Below are positions 9,479 through 16,193 of a stretch of DNA of 64,000 nucleotides, in pieces; position 1 is the stretch's first letter, and each line of letters begins with the position of its first letter. The stretch covers positions 55,914 to 119,913 of the forward strand of contig CAVRTC010000003.1 of NCBI GenBank assembly GCA_963723985.1, given 5' to 3'. The translations under genes and the position numbers were made by a program. This DNA comes from an uncultured Actinomycetes bacterium. Lineage in GTDB: Bacteria; Actinomycetota; Acidimicrobiia; IMCC26256; BP-133. Under the pieces are notes generated by a model that did no database searches, had not been told where the DNA came from, and saw only the letters and a list, made by a program, of their open reading frames with translations.

Positions 9479-10181
9479 CCGTTGATGACGAACGTCGCTT
9501 CCCGGGTCGGGTCGGCCCCCGGACCCCGGGTGACCTTCGCCTTGGCGTCGACCTGCCCGATCCGCAGCACCCCGCCGATGTTGATGATGTCGGCCATGCC
9601 CGTGGCCTCAGCCGTCACCATCCCTGACGCCGCGTCTCGGCTCGTCACGGCGTTCGCCACCGTGGACCCGATCGCCGAACCGCTCGACCCGCCTCCGGTC
9701 TTGGTCGTCCCTTGCGACGACGATTCACCACTGGTGGCCACCAGTTCGTATCCCGGTTGCACCACCTTCGCCTCCGGCGTCGTCGGATGGCTCGACGACA
9801 CATAGAACGGGTACGTCGGCGGCGACGGCCGACCCGTCAGGCCCGCCAGCAACCCCCGCCCGGAGATGGCCAGATCCCCCGGATAGGGCAGGGAGGCGAA
9901 GGCCCGGGAGTTCCCCAGACCGTCGATCACCGACTGCGACACCGGCCCCCCTACCGTCGATCAACGTCTCCACGACAGCGAATCCCGGCGCCGCAACCGA
10001 AACCCGAATCCCGTCGGCCGAGGCCACCGCCTCATACGACACCGGCGCAGCCGGTGCCTCGGCCCCGCCGGCAACGCCGATGGCCAGCGCCAGCACAGCT
10101 GTGCCAAGTACGCCGGAGGCGCCGGAGCCGAAGCGCCCGCTTCCCGATGGACCGTGGCCTGTGCAATCGGTTCACGGTCAT
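9475..10181 (-). pseudogene. Truncated, frameshifted paralog of the secreted protein at 42694..44106
   Basis: AFASLPYPGDLAISGRGLLAGLTGRPSPPTYPFYVSSS matches AFAALPYPGENGVGGPALVLGLLGQSPPASYPFYVRAD. The signal-peptide-like GVLGTAVLALAIGVAGGAEA is in another frame. One shift sits in a G-run near 9950 and a second near 10125. The reading frame stops at ~240 aa, versus 470 aa in the paralog. Confidence 0.7.
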
Positions 10182-10744
10182 CCCCCCTTCGATTTGACAC
10201 TCCGACCCGGCGGAGCCGCGCCGCCGGACCCAGGCTGACTCCTGCAGATCGGTGTGGCGGGCCATGTCGCTCGAGCTCACGGCGCCCGCTGTGCCAAGGG
10301 GGCGACGGACGGGTCGTTATCGGCTACTCGGCTCCCGCCCAGCCGGCTGAGCCGCTTATCGAAAGCCAACGAGGAGTTTGAGAACAAGAAGAGCGAACGC
10401 CCTGCGACCTGTGACAATTTGTTGGCCAGTGAATTGAGCGAAAGGCAGTGTTGCAGACCCAGCCAGTGCCAGCGAGACTTGCCTTTCCGACGCCATTACT
10501 ACCCCACGGCCTCTGAGAATCTGCCTCAATTTGCCTGAGAGAGCCCCTGAGTTCATCGCAATCGCCTCCGATCCGTCGGAGGTTGAGTTTAACGGGCGCG
10601 TCGGATAAATCAAGCGCTTGGTTTCCATGACCGACCGCGGGAAGTGCGCGCAGCCCCGGAGGGAAGCCGGTCTTGCCGGCGCCGCACATCGACTGACTGC
10701 TCTGTTCATGTCGAAGCCCGATGAACCTACCGGACCAAAGCAGG

Positions 10745-10766
10745 GAGCCGGTCCGAAGACCGGCTC
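10745..10766 (-). terminator. Stable hairpin 19 nt downstream of tRNA-Pro (9-bp stem, UUCG loop on the minus strand)
   Basis: GAGCCGGTC-TTCG-GACCGGCTC on the minus strand, followed by CCTGCTTTGG. There is no strong U-tract. Confidence 0.5.
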
Positions 10767-10784
10767 TGACCTGCACTTTCTCCG

Positions 10785-10859
10785 TCGGGCTGGGGAGATT
10801 TGAACTCCCGACCTCTTGACCCCCAGTCAAGCGCGCTAACCAAGCTGCGCCACAGCCCG
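10785..10859 (-). tRNA. tRNA-Pro(GGG): tRNA-Pro, anticodon GGG
   Basis: Manual cloverleaf, 75 nt with no encoded CCA: acceptor CGGGCTG/CAGCCCG, D stem GCGC/GCGC, anticodon stem CTTGA/TCAAG with loop CTGGGGG, T stem GGGAG/CTCCC with loop TTCAAAT, discriminator A. Confidence 0.95.
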
Positions 10860-10860
10860 T
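10818..10860. repeat. Left copy of a perfect 43-bp direct repeat (tRNA-Pro nt 1-42 plus 1 nt upstream)
   Basis: GACCCCCAGTCAAGCGCGCTAACCAAGCTGCGCCACAGCCCGT is identical to 15406..15448. Confidence 0.95.
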
Positions 10861-10938
10861 TACTTCTGCAACACTCAAAAGCTTACTGGCTAATACACAA
10901 GACTACTCGAACAACATCTGTGTCCGAAGGCCGTCACG

Positions 10939-10963
10939 CAGACGACCATTGAGACGACCACAG
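10939..10963. repeat. 25-nt motif CAGACGACCATTGAGACGACCACAG (contains GACGACCA twice); second copy at 15291
   Basis: 24/25 identical to 15291..15315. Both copies lie just inside the 43-bp repeats, in the same orientation. GGGTGGCTCAGAC also recurs, at 11041-11053 and 15283-15295. Confidence 0.8.
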
Positions 10964-11240
10964 CATACTGAGCGAGCGCGCAGGACGGCCGCGGCCGACA
11001 CCTCGCTACACCGTCGAACCTTCGAGCTCGCCTACGCCGCGGGTGGCTCAGACACCGTTGGTTCCGCTCACCAATAGGTCAAGACTTCGTTGTGCACAAA
11101 GGGATTGAGGGTCCAACCGATCGGACGCGGGCTACCGAGTGGGGGTCGGCGCTTACCCTCTTGTCCGGGCCGCCCGCAGCCGACGCCCGGCGTACCGGGG
11201 CCGAACGCCGGCGCGGCGCGCTTGATGGGAAGTCAAGCGG

Positions 11241-12071
11241 TCAGCCGAAGAGCGGCGCCTGTTCTGTGGAGGCACGTCGGGGCTGGTCCGCCGGAGGCCG
11301 GCTGATCTCGGAAAGCGGCGCCGAAGGCGCTTGGAGCGGAGGTTGTCTGTCCAGGCTGGCTGCCCAGGCCCGGATCTTCCCGTTGGGGTCGCCCGCGGCG
11401 CGGCTGGTGACGGCTTGTGCTCCGTCCCGTACAGCGAGGAGTTGGAGGGCCCGGAGCCGGGCGGGGGCTCCCGGCCAGGAGCAGCCGAGGTCGATCAGTG
11501 CCTCCCGGACCTCGTCCGGGTAGCGATCGGCGGCGTCGAGGAGGCCGGCAAAAACAGCGTCACCGGCCCGGGCGTCCAGTTCTCTGGCCCGGTTGAGAAT
11601 GTCGTGGCTGCGGGACGGGTGGCGACCGACGACCGCTGCTGCCCAGCGCCGCAGGGGCGGGGCGATCAACCGCTCGAGGTGAAGGGGGGTGCCAGGCGGG
11701 AGGGCCGGGCCGTCGATGGTGCCGGCGCGATCCCTGATCCAGGCCTCGGGGACGGGCCAGCGGTACTGGTCCGACCAGAGGAAGCCGTTGGCGAACCCTT
11801 CGAGTTCGGCTTCGGTGAGCAGGCCGCTCTGCTCGACGGCGGCGACGAGTGGAGCGGTGACCCGCCGCCAGCGATGGTCGGTGCAGAGCAGGCCGGCCGT
11901 CTGGATCGCCCCGTCCGGACGGCCGCGGTGGAGCCTTCGCCAGACGGTAATAGCGTCGGTCGGATTGGGGGACGCCCGGAGGTGGGGGTGGAAGACCAGC
12001 CATCGCCACAACTCGTCCGGGGTGGCCGCCGTGAGGATGGCCGCCACGTCCTCCGCCACCGACGGGATCAT
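11241..12071 (-). CDS. Hypothetical protein (276 aa), helical-repeat-like
   Basis: Only the C-terminal 276 codons of ORF 11241..13838 look protein-like (MIPSVAEDVAAILTAATPDELWRWLVFHPHL..DPNGKIRAWAASL). It is divergent from the gene at 12213. Confidence 0.55.
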   Translation of the reverse strand: MIPSVAEDVAAILTAATPDELWRWLVFHPHLRASPNPTDAITVWRRLHRGRPDGAIQTAGLLCTDHRWRRVTAPLVAAVEQSGLLTEAELEGFANGFLWSDQYRWPVPEAWIRDRAGTIDGPALPPGTPLHLERLIAPPLRRWAAAVVGRHPSRSHDILNRARELDARAGDAVFAGLLDAADRYPDEVREALIDLGCSWPGAPARLRALQLLAVRDGAQAVTSRAAGDPNGKIRAWAASLDRQPPLQAPSAPLSEISRPPADQPRRASTEQAPLFG

Positions 12072-12212
12072 CGGCCCAGCACAGTACCGTCGTGGCTCCC
12101 CGCCCGAGCGGTTCATTGCGGGCCGGCAACACCACGACGCGCTCCGTCCACGTCCGAACCCACGCTGTGCCGTCGGCGGGCACGCTCGAGCGGGATCGAT
12201 AGGCTCGGCGTC

Positions 12213-14000
12213 GTGACGCGGAGAGGACGCCACGCCAAGGGCGGTCGGGTGACGCCGAAGGGAACACGACCCCTGGGTTTCCGGCCGCGCCACGAGGAGC
12301 GGCGCCCCGAACCCGACGCCGACGACTTGATGGCGGACGTGCGCCGGGCGCTGGGCGACGACCACCCGCTCGGCCTTTTGGCGTTCGCCAGTTCGCTGTT
12401 GACCGTGGTCGATCCCCGGCGGGTGAGCCCCATGGAGCGGGATCGCCTGGCCGGCCCGTCCCGCGAGGAACTGGTCGGTTCGTTCTTCGAGGCGGAGCAA
12501 CTCGAGACGTCGGCACTGCTGGCGGCGATCGGCGTGCTGGGCGGCGACGAGGTCGAACGGCGCCGGATCACCAGGACGCTCGAACGGCGGGGCCACCCGC
12601 TCCCGGCGTGGATCGCCACCGCCAACGGAGCCGAGGCGACGGGCGCGGTGCAGATGACCCACCTCCTGCGCGACGGCGACAACCTCATGATCGGCGTCCG
12701 TCTCCCAACCGGCGAAGAGCTGAGCGCCGTGATCTACATCGACCACAACCTCGGGACGGTCGTGAAGGATGCCTTCGTCGTTCCCGAACCGCTCCACGAT
12801 CTGGTGGCCTTGACGAAACGCAAGGACACCGATCCGGACATGATCTGGGGCGACGTCGATCCGGCCGACGCCAAGGTCCGGATCACAGAGGCCGTCGCCA
12901 CCGGCGCCATGACCTTCCCGCCGTTCGAGACCGACACCTGGCCCGTCTGCCGACCCCTGGTCGAGTGGATGACGAGCCTGCTCCCCGACGGGGGAACCGG
13001 CTACCAGCGACCAGAGTGGAGCGAGGACGATCGCCTCGCCCTCACCGAGCGGTTCTTCGCCTCGCCGTTCGCCGCCGGACTCGACGACCCCGACCACCGC
13101 GACCTGTTCGACTCGCTCCTGTGGTTCGGCTGCGACTACGGGCCCGGCGACCCGCTCCGGTGGAGCCCCCCGGCGGTCGAGATCATCCTCCTCGACTGGC
13201 TCCCCCGCAAGATCGTCGCCGACACCGACTACCTGGCCAAGGCCCCCGGGCTGCTCCGGGCCTTCGTACGTTTCGCCCACGCCGAGCGAGCCGTCCCCGC
13301 CCACCTCACCGACCAGACGATCGAGGCGGTCGATTCCTTCGAGGCCGAATGCCAGACCACCATCCGCTCTGACCGTCCGCAGGGCCCAGCCGCCCTCCTC
13401 GCCGCGCTCGGCGTCGTCGACCCCGACGGCCCCTGGGGAGCCCCCGCCCCTTGGGAAGCGAAGCTCGCCGACGCCCGAACGGGGCTGCTCGACTGCCTTC
13501 GCCGGGCCGTCGGCGGCGAGGACGGCCTCGCCAACCTGGACGATGCACCACTGCCCGACGAGCCGTTCGACTGGAGCGGGATCGACGATGACATCCGACC
13601 CAAGGTCGCCGAGATCCTGGACCTCTGCGACCGGCACTGCACCGACCTGCTCGACACCGAGTACCGGACGGTCAGTCGCCGGGTCCTGGCCCGCATCGCC
13701 CGCCACGGCCCAGACGCCTTCCGCCGCCGGGGACGGGCCGACACCGCCGCTGCCGCCATCTGCTGGGCGGTCGGCCGGGTCAACGACCTCTTCATCCCCC
13801 GGCGCGGCGGCCTGACCCAGAAGGACTTCTTCGCCCACCTCGGCGTCTCACAGACCAGCATCCCGGCCCGAGCCGCCACGCTGCTCGACGCCGGCGGATT
13901 CCCCCGCCACCCAGCCGACTTCACCCTCGGGTCCTCCGACTACCTCGTCTCCACCCGCCGCCGCCACATCATCGACACACGCGACCGGTACCGCCCCTGA
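12213..14000 (+). CDS. Hypothetical protein (595 aa), basic N-terminus RRGRHAKGGRVTPKGTRP
   Basis: In-frame GTG at 12213 within ORF 11331..14000. The downstream 595 aa have a normal, non-repetitive composition; the upstream part is Arg/Gly/Pro shadow sequence. Confidence 0.65.
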   Translation: MTRRGRHAKGGRVTPKGTRPLGFRPRHEERRPEPDADDLMADVRRALGDDHPLGLLAFASSLLTVVDPRRVSPMERDRLAGPSREELVGSFFEAEQLETSALLAAIGVLGGDEVERRRITRTLERRGHPLPAWIATANGAEATGAVQMTHLLRDGDNLMIGVRLPTGEELSAVIYIDHNLGTVVKDAFVVPEPLHDLVALTKRKDTDPDMIWGDVDPADAKVRITEAVATGAMTFPPFETDTWPVCRPLVEWMTSLLPDGGTGYQRPEWSEDDRLALTERFFASPFAAGLDDPDHRDLFDSLLWFGCDYGPGDPLRWSPPAVEIILLDWLPRKIVADTDYLAKAPGLLRAFVRFAHAERAVPAHLTDQTIEAVDSFEAECQTTIRSDRPQGPAALLAALGVVDPDGPWGAPAPWEAKLADARTGLLDCLRRAVGGEDGLANLDDAPLPDEPFDWSGIDDDIRPKVAEILDLCDRHCTDLLDTEYRTVSRRVLARIARHGPDAFRRRGRADTAAAAICWAVGRVNDLFIPRRGGLTQKDFFAHLGVSQTSIPARAATLLDAGGFPRHPADFTLGSSDYLVSTRRRHIIDTRDRYRP

Positions 14001-14004
14001 CTGC

Positions 14005-14478
14005 TCAGGTCGGCAGGCGACTGGCCATGAGGTCATGGCCGTCCAGTTCGCCGACCCGGATCCAGCCGTCGTCGGAGAGGAGACGCCGGCTTCGGTCGTT
14101 GTCGGGGTGGACGAGGGCGACGATGGCGTCGCCCTCCCTTTCGATGGTGACCAGGTGGGCCTTGGCAGCAGTGAGGACCGCCCGCCCTGTCCCCTGGTGC
14201 TGGTGCTCCAGGGAAACGGCGAGCACCTCCAGCCAGATTCCCTCGACGTCAACCCGGACGATGTCTTGCCAGGCGAACACGGCGATCAGTTCGTTGGCCT
14301 CGTCCTCCACCACGTGCAGGTTCCGGCGCTGGAACGCCGCGTAGGGCAGGTCGTGGAGCCAGGCGAAGGCCTTCCGGTTGATCCAGCGCTCCACGTCGTC
14401 CTCGAATAGCTGGCCAGTCGAGCAGCGGAACCGCTTGAGGCGTCTCGAGTCGGCGGTGACGGCTGGGCGGTGATTCAA
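14005..14478 (-). CDS. GNAT family N-acetyltransferase (157 aa)
   Basis: AcCoA motif A: VLAVSLEHQHQGTGRAVLTAA. C-terminal LVHPDNDRSRRLLSDDGW. N-terminal FRCSTGQLFEDDVERWI. The TTG start at 14478 overlaps the upstream TGA (GTTGA junction). Confidence 0.75.
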   Translation of the reverse strand: MNHRPAVTADSRRLKRFRCSTGQLFEDDVERWINRKAFAWLHDLPYAAFQRRNLHVVEDEANELIAVFAWQDIVRVDVEGIWLEVLAVSLEHQHQGTGRAVLTAAKAHLVTIEREGDAIVALVHPDNDRSRRLLSDDGWIRVGELDGHDLMASRLPT

Positions 14479-15188
14479 CCGACGAGGAGGACGTCCCGAT
14501 CGAACCGGCGCCGTTCGTCGCCCGTCAGCAGCCGAGGCTTTCCCGGAACGCGTACGTGGCGATCGCCCTGAAGTTGCATCGCCGGCCGCACCCACATGAA
14601 GGACGACCGGCCGTCGAGGGTCTCGGCATCGACTGCGACGTGAGCACCGAGCGCCCCCACACTCGCCGGCTCTGCAGGAACCGGTATCCCCAGGCGCAGA
14701 CCGTCCTCCGTTTCCACCACCGCCAACTCGCCGACCCGTCCAACCACCGTCCCCGTCGAGCACCGGACCTGCAAACGGGCCGCCAGTTGCTCACGCCGGC
14801 TCGCCGTGAGCAACGCAAAGCGGCTGAGAGCACCGCCCGTGAGCGCATCCAGTTCGGCACCGTCGGGAACCGATCCCGACGCAACCAGCCCTTCCGAGAC
14901 GAACCGCGCCGCCCGATGGGTAACGAGTTCGTTCGCCTGCCCGAGGACCACCGAGGCGGCGTCAACATCGCCACGCCGGTAGAGGCGGGCAACGTCGAGC
15001 ATCAGCGCCGAATACCAGACGGACCGGCCGCGCGCCGCGCTCTCCGCGCGGGTCACGACGGACAGCCCGACGCCGCCAAGGCCGTTCTCCCGCAAAGTAC
15101 GCAGCGCAGAGTCGGGTCGCAGCCGACCACCGGGCCGCAGGACTGCGGCGATTTCCGCCGAGGTCGTGAGAGGAAAGGGCAGGATCAC
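14475..15188 (-). CDS. Hypothetical protein (237 aa), translationally coupled to the GNAT gene
   Basis: Clean ORF with ordinary composition. Its stop overlaps the GNAT start. No recognisable domain. Confidence 0.6.
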   Translation of the reverse strand: MILPFPLTTSAEIAAVLRPGGRLRPDSALRTLRENGLGGVGLSVVTRAESAARGRSVWYSALMLDVARLYRRGDVDAASVVLGQANELVTHRAARFVSEGLVASGSVPDGAELDALTGGALSRFALLTASRREQLAARLQVRCSTGTVVGRVGELAVVETEDGLRLGIPVPAEPASVGALGAHVAVDAETLDGRSSFMWVRPAMQLQGDRHVRVPGKPRLLTGDERRRFDRDVLLVG

Positions 15189-15290
15189 AACACAAGTCTA
15201 CCCTGAAACAGCGTTTCGCTGGTTCAGAGCCGGCTCGGCCGGACTGGCAAGCCCGAGCGGCGAGGCGCGCCCTGCGAGGAGTGGGTGGCT

Positions 15291-15315
15291 CAGACGACCA
15301 TCGAGACGACCACAG
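15291..15315. repeat. Second copy of the 25-nt GACGACCA-containing motif
   Basis: CAGACGACCATCGAGACGACCACAG, directly preceded by GGGTGGCT. Confidence 0.8.
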
Positions 15316-15405
15316 GGCAACGCTGTGACCTGCGGCGATAGTTACAAGATTGGTATTTTGGCTGCTCAGGGCGGTTCCGGGCTGTCCCTGTCGCCGTGCG
15401 CCTAC

Positions 15406-15448
15406 GACCCCCAGTCAAGCGCGCTAACCAAGCTGCGCCACAGCCCGT
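15406..15448. repeat. Right copy of the 43-bp direct repeat: an orphan 5' half of tRNA-Pro
   Basis: Identical to 10818..10860. The sequence to its left (CCGTGCGCCTAC) does not continue the tRNA 3' half. Confidence 0.95.
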
Positions 15449-15482
15449 GGACCGAAGTCGCCAGCATAGCGCCCGGCCTTTC

Positions 15483-15510
15483 ATGCAGATTCGCATGCTA
15501 AAATGCAGAT
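15483..15510 (+). promoter_or_regulatory. vapB promoter/operator: -10 TAAAAT (15499-15504) 6 nt before the ATG (leaderless), flanked by direct repeats ATGCAGAT
   Basis: tcATGCAGATtcgcatgcTAAAATGCAGATatg. ATGCAGAT occurs at 15483-15490 and 15503-15510. The GCATGC palindrome lies between them. Confidence 0.45.
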
Positions 15511-15756
15511 ATGCCCAAGAGCATTCAAATACGCGACGTGGACGACGAGGTCTATGCCGCTCTCACCCGTCGGGCGGCGGAGGCCGGGTTGTCGGTGCCG
15601 GAGATGCTCCGTCAGGAGGTGACCCGGTTGGCGGCCCGGCCGACGGTGAAGGAGTGGCTCAGCCGAACGCGCCGGCGGCCGTCGGAGATCACGGCGGCGG
15701 AGGTGCACGCCGCGCTCGACGAGTTGCGGGGGCCGTGGCCCGATGATCGTGGTTGA
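15511..15756 (+). CDS. vapB: Type II antitoxin, VapB/FitA-like (ribbon-helix-helix)
   Basis: MPKSIQIRDVDDEVYAALTRRAAEAGLSVPEMLRQEV is typical of plasmid-stability/FitA-type antitoxins. Overlaps the PIN gene by 14 nt. Confidence 0.85.
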   Translation: MPKSIQIRDVDDEVYAALTRRAAEAGLSVPEMLRQEVTRLAARPTVKEWLSRTRRRPSEITAAEVHAALDELRGPWPDDRG

Positions 15757-16135
15757 CGCCTCGGTGCTCTTCGAGGTCGTCGCCGACACGCCCGGAGCCG
15801 AGCCGATCCGGGAACGTCTCGCAGCCGACCCCGACCATGCCGCTCCCCATCTCATCGACGTCGAGGTCTTCGGCGTCATCCGCCGGGAATGGCTCCGGGG
15901 GGCGCTCGACTCGACTGCCGCTGGTCAGGCGGTCGCCGATCTGCGGGACTGGCCCGGCGAGCGGTACGGCCATCGCCAGCTACTGGAGCGGGCCTGGGAG
16001 CTCCGCGACACCGTTCGAGGATGGGACGCCGTCTATGTCGCCCTGGCCGAAGCCCTCGACGTTCCGCTCCTCACCACCGACCGCCGCCTCGCCGCTGCCC
16101 CCGGCCCGGCCTGCACCATCGAAGTCGTTCCCTGA
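15743..16135 (+). CDS. vapC: Type II toxin, VapC (PIN domain ribonuclease)
   Basis: MIVVDASVLFEVV.., with acidic residues at D5, E/D ~40 and D ~95, and ..LLTTDRRL near the C-terminus. Confidence 0.9.
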   Translation: MIVVDASVLFEVVADTPGAEPIRERLAADPDHAAPHLIDVEVFGVIRREWLRGALDSTAAGQAVADLRDWPGERYGHRQLLERAWELRDTVRGWDAVYVALAEALDVPLLTTDRRLAAAPGPACTIEVVP

Positions 16136-16193
16136 ACCACGTCAGCGGTGGACCTGCTCCCGTTGGTCCCCCCGGGCGTTGGTTGGGCTCGAG

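Noticed and set aside
10254-10538. Cys-containing small ORF (..ATCDNLLASELSERQCCRPSQCQRD..) as a RiPP precursor
   Set aside because: There are no neighbouring maturation, transport or immunity genes. The ORF starts inside the preceding decayed gene region and has weak coding character.
10320-10784. tmRNA, RNase P RNA or SRP RNA adjacent to the tRNA
   Set aside because: I could not find the conserved cores (GAGGAAAGTCCGG for RNase P, a tag-peptide ORF ending in LAA plus a tRNA-like 3' end for tmRNA). This remains unassigned rather than called.
11241-14000. Mutually overlapping 865-aa (minus) and 889-aa (plus) ORFs
   Set aside because: Only the C-terminal 276 aa of the minus ORF and the C-terminal 595 aa of the plus ORF have protein-like composition. 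The remainder of each is the antisense shadow of the other.
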